32,338 bases of DNA from an uncultured Eubacteriales bacterium (lineage in GTDB: Bacteria > Bacillota > Clostridia > Oscillospirales > Oscillospiraceae). The stretch lies in contig CAVKFX010000003.1 of the NCBI GenBank assembly GCA_963655625.1, positions 1 to 32,338 of the forward strand, written 5' to 3'. The notes below the pieces were generated by a model. That model had not been told where the DNA came from. It did no database searches and saw only the letters and a program-made list of their open reading frames with translations. A program made the position numbers and the translations under genes. Positions 6,830 through 16,112 of the stretch are shown here, piece by piece; position 1 is the first letter of the stretch; each line of letters starts with the position of its first letter.

Positions 6830-8790
6830 GAGGAACGGAATTCCTGCCGGTGAGCCGGGAGGAGATGCGGGCGCGGGACTGGTACTACTACGACTTCCTG
6901 GTGGTCATGGCCGATGCCTACATCGACCATCCCAGCTTCGGCAGCACCCTCATTGCAAGGCTGTTGGAGGCGGATGGGTACCGGGTGGCGGTGCTTTCCC
7001 AGCCGGATTGGCACGATTGCACGGCCTTTGCCGAAATGGGAAAGCCCCGGTATGGGGTGTTCATCGGCGGGGGAAACCTGGACAGCATGGTGGCCCACTA
7101 CACCGTTGCCAAGCGGCGGCGGGACAGGGATCTCTACTCGCCCGGGGGCAAGATGGGTTATCGCCCCGACCGGGCTACCATTGTGTACGCCAACCGGGCC
7201 CGGGAGGCATTTGGCAGCGGAACGGCCATTATCATCGGGGGACTGGAGGCGTCTTTGCGGCGCTTTGCCCACTACGACTACTGGGACGACAAGGTGCGCC
7301 GGCCTATTCTCTTTGACGCGCCGGCGGATCTGCTGGTGTACGGCATGGGGGAGACGGCCACGAGAGAAATTGCCCGCAGGCTGGCTAAAAAGGTGCCTGT
7401 GGGGGACATCACCGACGTCCGGGGGACGGCGTTTTTGAGCCAGGATGCGGAAAAGTGCATCTACCGGCCGGTGACGGTGCCCGGCTACGAGAGCGTCCGG
7501 GAGGACAAAAAACAGTATGCCATAGCCACCAAGCTGCAGTACGACGAAAACGATCCCATCCGGGGCTGCGGCGTGGTGCAGCCCTGTGAGGGGCGGTATC
7601 TCATTGTGAACCCGCCCCAGCGGCCCCTGCCCCGGGAGGAACTGGACAGGCTCTATGACCTGCCCTTTGTGCGGGAGGTGCATCCCATGTATAAAGAGGG
7701 AGTGCCGGCTATTGAGGAGGTGCGGTTTTCCATCGCCCACAACCGGGGGTGCTTCGGCGGGTGCAACTTCTGCGCGCTGACCTTTCACCAGGGGCGGATG
7801 GTCACCTCCCGGAGTATCGAGTCCGTTCTGCGGGAGGCGGAGATTCTTACCCATGACCCGCAGTTCAAGGGGTATATCCACGATGTGGGCGGGCCTACGG
7901 CCAACTTCCGCCACACCTCCTGCCCGGGACAGAAAAAGCACGGCTGCTGCAAAAACCGCAGCTGCCTGGCCCCGGAGCCGTGCAAAAATCTGGATGCCGA
8001 TCACTCGGAGTACACGGAGCTTTTGCAGCGGCTAAGGACGCTGCCGGGGGTGAAAAAGGTGTTTGTCCGCAGCGGGATCCGCTACGACTATATGCTGCAG
8101 GACAAGAACCAGGACTTTTTCCGGGAGTTGGTGGACTATCACATCAGCGGGCAGCTGAAGGTGGCCCCGGAGCACTGCGTTTCTTCGGTGCTGGACTACA
8201 TGGGCAAGCCCCATTTCGATGTATTTGAGAAGTTTTGGCGCAGGTATCAGAAGCTCAACGAGGCGGACCATAAGCAGCAGTACCTGGTGCCGTATCTCAT
8301 GTCGTCCCACCCGGGCTGCACCCTGGCGGACAGCGTTCGCCTGGCGGAGTTCCTGCACAGGACTGGGCATCTGCCGGAGCAGGTGCAGGACTTTTACCCC
8401 ACGCCGGGGACCCTCTCCACCTGCATGTACTATACAGGCATCGATCCCAGGGATATGACGGAGGTATATGTGGCCCGAAGTCCTCACGAAAGGGCCCTGC
8501 AGCGGGCGCTGCTGCAGTGGGGACGCAAGGATCTGCGGCCCCTGGTCATTGAGGCCCTGGAGAAGGCGGAGCGGACGGATTTGATCGGGTACGAGGAAAA
8601 GTGCCTGATCCGCCCCCAGAAGGGGGAAAAATACTTCGGGAAAAAATCGGAGGAGCCGCAAAAGCCCGACCGCCGGGAAAAGCCTCGGGGCGGTAACTTC
8701 CGCCGCAAGCGGCCGGAGGCTCCGGACCAAAAGGGGAAAATGCCTCCGCGGAAGAAGGAGGCCTTTGCCAAGCGGAGAAAAGGGAAATGA
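6826..8790 (+). CDS. ygiQ: YgiQ (UPF0313) family radical SAM protein
   Basis: DAYIDHPSFG, GNLDSMVAHYT, GGLEASLRRFAHYDYW, CxxxCxxC (CFGGCNFC), DVGGPTAN, SGQLKVAPEH and QVQDFYPTP motifs. ATGA overlap with the upstream gene. Confidence 0.93.
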   Translation: MRGTEFLPVSREEMRARDWYYYDFLVVMADAYIDHPSFGSTLIARLLEADGYRVAVLSQPDWHDCTAFAEMGKPRYGVFIGGGNLDSMVAHYTVAKRRRDRDLYSPGGKMGYRPDRATIVYANRAREAFGSGTAIIIGGLEASLRRFAHYDYWDDKVRRPILFDAPADLLVYGMGETATREIARRLAKKVPVGDITDVRGTAFLSQDAEKCIYRPVTVPGYESVREDKKQYAIATKLQYDENDPIRGCGVVQPCEGRYLIVNPPQRPLPREELDRLYDLPFVREVHPMYKEGVPAIEEVRFSIAHNRGCFGGCNFCALTFHQGRMVTSRSIESVLREAEILTHDPQFKGYIHDVGGPTANFRHTSCPGQKKHGCCKNRSCLAPEPCKNLDADHSEYTELLQRLRTLPGVKKVFVRSGIRYDYMLQDKNQDFFRELVDYHISGQLKVAPEHCVSSVLDYMGKPHFDVFEKFWRRYQKLNEADHKQQYLVPYLMSSHPGCTLADSVRLAEFLHRTGHLPEQVQDFYPTPGTLSTCMYYTGIDPRDMTEVYVARSPHERALQRALLQWGRKDLRPLVIEALEKAERTDLIGYEEKCLIRPQKGEKYFGKKSEEPQKPDRREKPRGGNFRRKRPEAPDQKGKMPPRKKEAFAKRRKGK

Positions 8791-8833
8791 ATCGGGCCCG
8801 GCGGCCGGGTGCCTCTCTGCGGTGTGTAAAACG

Positions 8834-8872
8834 AAAAAAATCGGAGACTTTCTCAGAAAGTCTCCGATTTTT
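8834..8872. terminator. Bidirectional intrinsic terminator between ygiQ and the catabolic island
   Basis: AAAAATCGGAGACTTTCT-c-AGAAAGTCTCCGATTTTT, a perfect inverted repeat with A and T tails. Confidence 0.88.
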
Positions 8873-8902
8873 GCTGACCGCAGAGGGAACAAAACCGATC
8901 GG

Positions 8903-10507
8903 TCAGGCGCGGGTATAGACGGACTCGCCGCCGATGATGGTCTGCTCTACCCGGGCGGAGGAAACGTCGGTCACGGTGCCGTCCGCCTGGGGCGCGATGC
9001 CGGAGAGGATGACGAAGTCGGCGTATTTCCCGGCCCGGATGGAGCCCATGGTCGCCTCATCAAAGGAGCCGATGGCGTTGTGCAGGGTATAGCAGCGGAC
9101 AGCCTCCTCAAAGGTGATGACCTCCGCGGGATTGAGCAGGCGGTCGCTGTTCTTGATCTCCCGGGTCATGGCCGTGTGGATGCCCAGCAGGGGGTTGGGA
9201 TCGTCCACGGGATAGTCCGTGCCGAAGCCCACCTGGATGCCACGGTCCAGCAGGGTGCGGATGGGCTGGATGTGCATGGCACGCCGGGGACCGAGATTGT
9301 TGAAATAGGTGGTACCGAACTCCCGGATGAAGATGGGCTGGGTCATGATGAGCAGGTGGTTCAGGCGGATGGTGTCAATGAGCCGGTCATCCAGCAGCTC
9401 GGCATGCTCAATGCGCAGGCGGGCGGTATCCTTGCCGGCGGAGGCGGCATAGAGGGACGCTACATAACCGGTGGCCCGGTCGCCGATGGCGTGGACCGCC
9501 ACCTGGTGGCCGCGGTCTGCCAGGTAGGTGGCGTAGGTATCCAGACGGTGCTGCAGCAGCAGGCCGGTGTTTTCCGGCTGGTCCTGATAGGGCTCATTTA
9601 CCGCGGCGGTGCGGCTGCCGAAGCTGCCGTCGGCGAAGAGCTTTACGGAGCCGATCTTCAGCCGTCCGGCGGGGTGCCGGGCCTTCAGGTCCGTGAGCCA
9701 GCGGTCAAAATCCCCGGCGGGCTCGCCGTCCCCGGGGCGGACCATCAGATAGGTGCGCAGGAGCAGGGCGCCCCGGCGCTCCATCTCCTCATAGGCCTCC
9801 ACATAGGCCCGGGGGAGCATCATGTCGGTGCCGGCATCGTGGATGGCGGTGATGCCGCAGCGCAGGAGCAGGTCCTGCTCCTGCAGCAGGTAGCGCTGCA
9901 CCACCTCCGGGTCTGCCTCGGGCATGGAGTCCAGCACGTATTGCTGGGCACCCTCGGTGGCAAGGCCGGTGTAGGCGCCGGAGGCGTCCTTGATAAAGGC
10001 ACCGCCCTGGATGGACTCCATTTTTTCCGGGTCGAGGCGGTCTATCACCTGGGAATTGACAACGCACATGTGACCGCAGACCCGGATGATGGTCACGGGA
10101 ACGTCGGGAAAGACCTTATCCATGTCCCGGCGCGTGACCATGCGGCCGTCGTCCAGATTTTCCTCGGAGAAGCCGAAGACGCTGATCCAGGCCTCGCCGC
10201 TGCCCTCCTTTTCCCGGCGGACGTAGGAGAGCATATCCTCCACGGAGGCAAAGCGCCGGTCGGATATATCCAGCTTCAGTCGGTTCAGGGCGGCGGTGAG
10301 CATGTGCAGGTGGGAGTCGATAAAGCCCGGCAGCAGCATGCGGCCCCGGAGGTCCACGGGCTGGGCCCCGGCGGCCAGGGCATCGGGCATGTGGCAGGAC
10401 CGGCCCACGGAAAGGATGCGGTCATCCTCCGTGAGGACGTAATCCGCCCGGGGGCAGGCATCGTCCATGGTGAGGATGGTACCATTATAATATAGCTTTT
10501 TGGACAT
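8903..10507 (-). CDS. YtcJ-like metal-dependent amidohydrolase (Amidohydro_3)
   Basis: NGTILTMD, PGFIDSHLH, VKLFADGS, HAIGD, RIEH, GTDYP and GKYADFVIL motifs. GGGGAG SD precedes ATG 10507. Confidence 0.9.
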   Translation of the reverse strand: MSKKLYYNGTILTMDDACPRADYVLTEDDRILSVGRSCHMPDALAAGAQPVDLRGRMLLPGFIDSHLHMLTAALNRLKLDISDRRFASVEDMLSYVRREKEGSGEAWISVFGFSEENLDDGRMVTRRDMDKVFPDVPVTIIRVCGHMCVVNSQVIDRLDPEKMESIQGGAFIKDASGAYTGLATEGAQQYVLDSMPEADPEVVQRYLLQEQDLLLRCGITAIHDAGTDMMLPRAYVEAYEEMERRGALLLRTYLMVRPGDGEPAGDFDRWLTDLKARHPAGRLKIGSVKLFADGSFGSRTAAVNEPYQDQPENTGLLLQHRLDTYATYLADRGHQVAVHAIGDRATGYVASLYAASAGKDTARLRIEHAELLDDRLIDTIRLNHLLIMTQPIFIREFGTTYFNNLGPRRAMHIQPIRTLLDRGIQVGFGTDYPVDDPNPLLGIHTAMTREIKNSDRLLNPAEVITFEEAVRCYTLHNAIGSFDEATMGSIRAGKYADFVILSGIAPQADGTVTDVSSARVEQTIIGGESVYTRA

Positions 10508-10521
10508 AGCGTTTTCTCCCC

Positions 10522-11976
10522 TTACAATTGTTTCAGAATGTTTTTCACGAACGTCCACAGGACGCCTACGGACTCGATGCCCATATATTCCCGGGGGGTA
10601 TGCTCGTCATAAATGATGGGGCCCATGGAGATGATGTCCATGTCCGGCACAGCTTTTTTGAACAGGGAGCACTCGGTGCCGGCGTGGGTCACCTTAAAGC
10701 GGGGCTGGGCGTTAAATTCCCGGAGATATTCCTGCTCCACCAGCTTGCGCACCGGGGAGTCGGGGTCATAATCCCAACTGGGAAGGGGCTGCCCTTCCTC
10801 CAGGGAGGCACCGGACAGGGCTGCCGCGGCGCGCCACTTCTGGCACATGTATGCCAAAAGGGATTCCTTGCAGCTGCGGGCCGAGAGATAGTATAGCACC
10901 TGGTCGCCGTCTATTTCAACATTGCCGATGTTGCTGGAGCACTCCGGCACGTCCGAGAAGGTGCGCTGCATGGAAAGTACCCCGTTAGGGAGAACCTGCA
11001 GCAGGCGGGATAGCGTCTGCACGCTTGCCTGAGACAGGACCCGGGCGGCTCCATCGGCGGCGGACAGGCGCAGGCAGATACCGTCGTCCACATCGCGCAG
11101 TTCATCCTGCAGGGACCGTTCAAATCTGCGCAGGGATTCCGTGAGGCGGGGCATATCCACCGGGTAGAGCAGCACCATACACTGGGCGGGGATGCCGTTT
11201 TTGTTTTCCTGGGTGGTGTCGCCGCTGCTGAGAGAGAGGATTTGGGCATTTTCCTGCAGCAGAAACGCCAGCAGCCGGCCCAGCAGCACGCTGCTGTTGC
11301 CTCGGCCCTTCTGAATGTCGCCGCCGGAGTGGCCGCCCTGAAGGCCTGTCAGGTCAATGCGCAGAGCCTCACGGACGGGGCAGGGATCGAATGTGACGCG
11401 CTGGCGCAGCAGGGCCTTCTGATTGCCGGCGCAGCCTACATAGATGCGGCCCTCAGTAAAGCCGCCGGCATCAAAGTTGATCATAGTGCGGCCCCGGAGC
11501 TGGCGGGCATCGAAGTGGGAGGCACCCACCATGCCGATCTCCTCGGCGGTGGTGAACACAGCCTCGATGGCCGGGTGGATCAGCGTGTCGTCATCCAGAA
11601 TGGCCAGCTGATAGGCAACGCCGATGCCGTTGTCGGCACCCAGGGTGGTACCCCGGGCCCGAATCTTATCGCCGTCTATGTACAGGTCCAGGCCCTGGGT
11701 GTCGAAATCGTGTTCCACGCCCTCCTCTACGGCGCAGATCATGTCCATATGGGACTGCAGCACCAGGCCGGGCCGGTCCTCCCGGCCGGGAGAGGCGGGC
11801 TTGCGGATGAGAATGTTGCGGTACTCGTCCTCAATACACTCCAGGCTTCGCTCCCGGGCAAACTGCATGAGAAAGGACGACAGCTTCTCCTCCCGCAGAG
11901 AGGGGTGGGGGATGGAACAGACCACCTCAAACCAGTGCATAACGGCCTGGGGGGCCAGATCTTTCAGCACATTCAT
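10522..11976 (-). CDS. pepD: PepD-like M20C dipeptidase (aminoacyl-histidine/Xaa-dipeptidase family)
   Basis: IPHPS, LQSHMDM, TTLGADNGIG, EEIGM, GGHSG, HAGTEC and H.P.E motifs. GAAAGGAG SD precedes ATG 11976. Confidence 0.88.
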   Translation of the reverse strand: MNVLKDLAPQAVMHWFEVVCSIPHPSLREEKLSSFLMQFARERSLECIEDEYRNILIRKPASPGREDRPGLVLQSHMDMICAVEEGVEHDFDTQGLDLYIDGDKIRARGTTLGADNGIGVAYQLAILDDDTLIHPAIEAVFTTAEEIGMVGASHFDARQLRGRTMINFDAGGFTEGRIYVGCAGNQKALLRQRVTFDPCPVREALRIDLTGLQGGHSGGDIQKGRGNSSVLLGRLLAFLLQENAQILSLSSGDTTQENKNGIPAQCMVLLYPVDMPRLTESLRRFERSLQDELRDVDDGICLRLSAADGAARVLSQASVQTLSRLLQVLPNGVLSMQRTFSDVPECSSNIGNVEIDGDQVLYYLSARSCKESLLAYMCQKWRAAAALSGASLEEGQPLPSWDYDPDSPVRKLVEQEYLREFNAQPRFKVTHAGTECSLFKKAVPDMDIISMGPIIYDEHTPREYMGIESVGVLWTFVKNILKQL

Positions 11977-12076
11977 GGGGGTACTCCTTTCGTGTTTGAG
12001 AGATAAAAATGGGAGATCTGCTCCGCATTTTACAGCGACACGCCGGATCTCCCAATTGTTCCGCGCAGGCGGAGAA

Positions 12077-13039
12077 TTATTTATGCAGTTCGCAGGCCAC
12101 AAAGTGTCCCGGGCTGACCTCTACCAGGGGCTTATCGGTACCCTCGCAGGCGGGGGTGGCAAACTCGCAGCGCTTGCAGAAGCGGCAGCCGGGCTTGACG
12201 TTGATGGGGCTGCTGACCTCGCCCTTGATGGTCTTGAAGGGAATGTCCCGCTTGGACAGATCCGGCTCGGGAATGGCGGCAAGCAATGCCTGGGTATAGG
12301 GGTGCAGGGGGTTATTGAACAGCTCCTCGGAGGGGGCGATCTCCACCGCCTGGCCCAGATACATGACCATGATCCGGTCGGAAATGTGCTTGACCACGCT
12401 GAGGTCGTGGGTGATGAAGAGATAGGTCAGATTCAGCTCGTCACCAAGGTCCATGAGGAGGTTCAGGATCTGGGCCTGGATGGATACGTCCAGGGCCGAG
12501 ACCGGCTCATCGCAGACGATGAACTTGGGATTCAGGGACAGGGCGCGGGCAATGCCGATGCGCTGGCGGCGGCCGCCGTCCAGCTCATGGGGGTACATGT
12601 TGGCATAGCGCCGGGCCAGGCCCACCATGTCCATCAGCTCCGCGGCGCGGTTATAGATGTCGGCCCGGTGGGCGTAGGTCTTATGGATGATCATGTACTC
12701 GGCAATGACCTCGATGACAGACTTGCGGGGGTCGATGCTGGCGTAGGGGTCCTGGAAGATGATCTGCAGATCCTGGCGCAGGGGACGGAACTTCCGCTGG
12801 CTGATCTTGGTGACATCCTGGCCCTTGTAGATGATCTGGCCGGAGGTGGGCTCCACCAGGCGGAGGATGCTTCGGCCCAAGGTGGACTTGCCGCAGCCGG
12901 ATTCGCCCACTACACCGATGGTTTCGCCCTCCTGGATATCCAGGTTGATGCCATCCACCGCATGGAGGGTGGCACCGCCGTTGAGCTTGAAATAGGTTTT
13001 CAGATCCTTCAGCTGGATCAGCGGAGTGGCGTTATCCAT
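12077..13039 (-). CDS. Oligopeptide/dipeptide ABC transporter ATP-binding protein (OppF/DppF type)
   Basis: Walker [15 protein letters not shown], signature [20 protein letters not shown] and C-terminal Cys motif. Confidence 0.93.
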   Translation of the reverse strand: MDNATPLIQLKDLKTYFKLNGGATLHAVDGINLDIQEGETIGVVGESGCGKSTLGRSILRLVEPTSGQIIYKGQDVTKISQRKFRPLRQDLQIIFQDPYASIDPRKSVIEVIAEYMIIHKTYAHRADIYNRAAELMDMVGLARRYANMYPHELDGGRRQRIGIARALSLNPKFIVCDEPVSALDVSIQAQILNLLMDLGDELNLTYLFITHDLSVVKHISDRIMVMYLGQAVEIAPSEELFNNPLHPYTQALLAAIPEPDLSKRDIPFKTIKGEVSSPINVKPGCRFCKRCEFATPACEGTDKPLVEVSPGHFVACELHK

Positions 13040-14141
13040 TCATATTCTCCTTCCTGCTGCCGTCGGGATTAAACCGGTGGCAGCACAGCTGATGGGTGCC
13101 GGAAACGGAGACGCTGGGATGCTCCCGGCGGCAGAGGTCGGTGGCGTACTTGCACCGCTCGGCAAATACGCAGCCCTCCGGCAGGTTGGTGGGATCGGGC
13201 ATCAGGCCGGGAATGGCGTTGAGGCGGCGGGACTTGGAACGCAGATCCGGGATGGAGCCGAACAGCCCCTCGGTATAGGGGTGGTGGTTCTCGCCCTCGA
13301 AAATGTCCTGCACCGTGCCGTACTCCACGATCTCGCCGGCATACATGACGCCTACATCGTCGCAGATCTTGGCCACGATGCCCAGGTCATGGGTGATCAT
13401 CAGCATGGAGGTGCCCAGACGGTCACGCAGGTCCTTGATCATCATAAGCACCTGGGCCTGGATGGTCACATCCAGGGCGGTGGTGGGCTCATCGGCGATG
13501 AGCAGGTCCGGCTCACAGGCCAGGGCAATGGCGATGATGACGCGCTGCTTCATGCCGCCGGAGAACTGATGGGGATACTCCACCTTGCGGGCCGGGAGGA
13601 TGCCCACCATCTGCAGGGTGCTTTCCACACGCTGCTCCACCTCCTCCTTGCTCAGGTGGGGGTTATGGATCTTGATGGCCTCGGCGATCTGGTCGCCCAC
13701 GGACATGACGGGGTTCAGGCTGGTCATGGGGTCCTGGAAGATCATGGAGATGCGATTGCCGCGGATGGCGCGCATCTTCTTTTCGGCCATATACTTGGGG
13801 GCGGGTAGCTCTACCTCGGCGGGGTCGCCGCCCTCGGGGGTATGGGCGGCCAGGTACTCCTCCTTGGAGAGGGGATTGCCGCTGCGGTCCCGGATGGACA
13901 GCACATCCTGGCCGTCAAATTCGATGGAGCCGGTGGGGATCTGGGCCGTGCGGTCCGGCAGCAGGCCTAAGATCGCCCGGGCCGTTGTGGTTTTGCCGGC
14001 ACCAGTCTCGCCTACCAGGCCGAAGGTGCTTTTGCGCTTGATGGCGATGTTGATGCCGTTGACTGCTTTCACCGTTTCCAGATCGGTTTTATAGATCACG
14101 GAAAGGTCCTTGATTTCCAAAATGTTGTTGTTATCATTCAT
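13032..14141 (-). CDS. Oligopeptide/dipeptide ABC transporter ATP-binding protein (OppD/DppD type) with an approximately 34-aa insertion
   Basis: Walker [37 protein letters not shown] and HPYT. GAGG SD precedes ATG 14141. Confidence 0.93.
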   Translation of the reverse strand: MNDNNNILEIKDLSVIYKTDLETVKAVNGINIAIKRKSTFGLVGETGAGKTTTARAILGLLPDRTAQIPTGSIEFDGQDVLSIRDRSGNPLSKEEYLAAHTPEGGDPAEVELPAPKYMAEKKMRAIRGNRISMIFQDPMTSLNPVMSVGDQIAEAIKIHNPHLSKEEVEQRVESTLQMVGILPARKVEYPHQFSGGMKQRVIIAIALACEPDLLIADEPTTALDVTIQAQVLMMIKDLRDRLGTSMLMITHDLGIVAKICDDVGVMYAGEIVEYGTVQDIFEGENHHPYTEGLFGSIPDLRSKSRRLNAIPGLMPDPTNLPEGCVFAERCKYATDLCRREHPSVSVSGTHQLCCHRFNPDGSRKENMNG

Positions 14142-14163
14142 GTAAGACACCTCGCTTCATCCG

Positions 14164-15063
14164 TTAAGATTTCAGGTGCGGATCCATGGCATCCCGGAGA
14201 CCGTCGCCCACCAGGTTGACGGAGCAGGCGGTGATGACGATGGCCAGGGCGGGGAAGACCAGCATGTGAGGCGCTACACGCATATACTCGCGGGCATCGG
14301 AGATGATCTGGCCCCATTCGGGAGCGGGTGGCGGCATGCCTAGGCCCAAAAAGCCAAGGGTGGACTCATAGAGGATGATCTTGGCCACGTTCAGAGTCGT
14401 GTTGACAATGATGACGCCCATGGCATTGGGGAAGATATGGGAGAGGATGATGCGGGCGCTGCTGGCGCCGCCGGCCTTGGCCGCTTCCACATACTCAAGG
14501 TCTGACAGACTGAGGATCTGAGAGCGGACCAGGCGCACATAGTTGGTGAAGTAGGCCAGGGTCAGAGCGATGACCAGGTTCACGGTGTTGGCACCCAGGG
14601 CGAACACCACGGCCATGGTGAACAGAATGTCCGGCACGGACATGAAGATGTCCAGGCCGCGCATGATGATGCTGTCCACCTTGCCGCCGAAGTAACCGGC
14701 GATGGCACCCAGGGCACAGCCCACCACGCAGGAGGACAGGGTGGCCAGCACGGCGATGGCGATGGAGGTGCGGCCGCCGTAGAGCACCCGGGCCAGCAGG
14801 TCACGGCCATAGGAGTCCAGGCCGAAGATGTGCTCGGCAGAGGGGGTGGCCAGCTTCTGAGACAGATTCTGGGTCACGGCGGAATCATAGGTGGCGAACA
14901 GGTTGGCGAAGATCAGAAAGAAGGCGATGAGACACAGCATCACAAGGCCGATCATGGAGCCGGGGTTCTTGCGGAAGCGGCGCCAGATCTCCTTGAGCTG
15001 GCTGGGCTTTTTGAACTTGATGGGCTCGGCAGCGGCAGCCGCGGGCGTTACTTTTTCACTCAT
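14164..15063 (-). CDS. Oligopeptide/dipeptide ABC transporter permease (OppC/DppC type)
   Basis: HIFGLDSYGRD, YVEAAKAGGAS (EAA loop), PEWG and NLVGDGLRDAMDP motifs. AAGGAGG SD. Confidence 0.93.
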   Translation of the reverse strand: MSEKVTPAAAAAEPIKFKKPSQLKEIWRRFRKNPGSMIGLVMLCLIAFFLIFANLFATYDSAVTQNLSQKLATPSAEHIFGLDSYGRDLLARVLYGGRTSIAIAVLATLSSCVVGCALGAIAGYFGGKVDSIIMRGLDIFMSVPDILFTMAVVFALGANTVNLVIALTLAYFTNYVRLVRSQILSLSDLEYVEAAKAGGASSARIILSHIFPNAMGVIIVNTTLNVAKIILYESTLGFLGLGMPPPAPEWGQIISDAREYMRVAPHMLVFPALAIVITACSVNLVGDGLRDAMDPHLKS

Positions 15064-15075
15064 ACGGCTACCTCC

Positions 15076-16017
15076 TTATCCTTTAACGCGGGTGTACTTG
15101 GCCTTGATGCGGGGATCTACGAAGGCGTAGATGATATCCACCAGCAGCATGATCGCCGTGAATGTAATGGAGATGACGATGGTGCCGGCGATGATGACCG
15201 GCTCATCCTTATAGGCGATACGGTCCACGATCAGCGCGCCGATGCCGGGGACGGAGAACAGACGCTCTGCCACCACGGCACCCATGATGAGGCCGCCCAT
15301 GTTCAGGCCGATGTTGGTGATGACCGGCAGGAGGGCGTTTTTCAGAGCGTGCTTCCAGATGACGGTGCGCTCCGTGGCACCCTTGGCCCGGGCGGTATCG
15401 ATATAGTCGGCGCGGATGGACTCCAGCATGGAGGATTTGGTGAACCGGACATTAAATGCCGTTACGGGGATGGCCATGCACAGCGCCGGCATGATATAGC
15501 TTTTCCAGGTGGCTAAGCCATAGGATGGCAGCCAGTTCAGTTTCAAAGAGAAAATCAGCAGCAGCGACATGCCCAGCACGAAGGACGGGATGGCCGCCAG
15601 AAGAAACGCCAGAACAGAGGGAACATAGTCCCAGACGGAGTATTGCTTCACTGCGGTGAGGATGCCTAAGGGCACGCCCACCAGGGTTGAGATGATGATG
15701 CCGATGACGGACAGCTTCAGCGTGACGCCGAAGCGGGGCAGCACCTCGTCTGCCACGTCCTGACCGGTGAAATAGGAGGTGCCGAAGCTCTGGTCAACGA
15801 CCAGATTTTTTACATAGCGGGCGTATTTTACCAAAAGAGGATCATTATAGCCCAGCTCTTCATTCAGCTGGTCCACTGCTTCCTGAGGAGCGGACACGCC
15901 AAGGATAGATCTACCGGGATTGCCGGGGGTAAGGTTCAGCACGAAGTAGATGATGAAGATAACACCCAGGATCGTCGGTATCAGGAACAAAATGCGTTTG
16001 AGTACATACCGATACAC
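15076..16017 (-). CDS. Oligopeptide/dipeptide ABC transporter permease (OppB/DppB type)
   Basis: PGNP, DYIDTARAKG, HALKNALLP and DIIYAFVDPRI motifs. AAAGGAGG SD precedes GTG 16017. Confidence 0.93.
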   Translation of the reverse strand: MYRYVLKRILFLIPTILGVIFIIYFVLNLTPGNPGRSILGVSAPQEAVDQLNEELGYNDPLLVKYARYVKNLVVDQSFGTSYFTGQDVADEVLPRFGVTLKLSVIGIIISTLVGVPLGILTAVKQYSVWDYVPSVLAFLLAAIPSFVLGMSLLLIFSLKLNWLPSYGLATWKSYIMPALCMAIPVTAFNVRFTKSSMLESIRADYIDTARAKGATERTVIWKHALKNALLPVITNIGLNMGGLIMGAVVAERLFSVPGIGALIVDRIAYKDEPVIIAGTIVISITFTAIMLLVDIIYAFVDPRIKAKYTRVKG

Positions 16018-16042
16018 AGCATATCCTCCTTTCATTTAAATT

Positions 16043-16075
16043 GAGCGGCAGGACAGGCGTGCTGCCCTGCCGCTT
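16043..16075 (-). other. Intercistronic stem-loop after the substrate-binding protein gene
   Basis: Minus strand AAGCGGCAGGGCAG-cacgc-CTGTCCTGCCGCTC, no long U-tract. Confidence 0.65.
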
Positions 16076-16112
16076 TGGTTTGATAGGGGATAGGGATTTG
16101 CGGGGGGAGAGG

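Noticed and set aside
8765..10495. 576-aa plus-strand ORF, and similar long antisense ORFs (1408..2607, 6802..8004, 11624..13072, 16569..17696, 19823..21088, 21297..22970, 24597..25865, 25912..27534, 27813..29078, 28909..30201)
   Set aside because: All mirror well-supported genes on the other strand. This is expected from GC-rich third codon positions, and none has recognisable motifs.
12560..12590. LDGGR instead of LSGGQ in the OppF signature as a sign of inactivation
   Set aside because: I recognise LDGGRRQR as a recurring variant in clostridial OppF/DppF proteins. Walker A, Walker B and the H-loop are intact.
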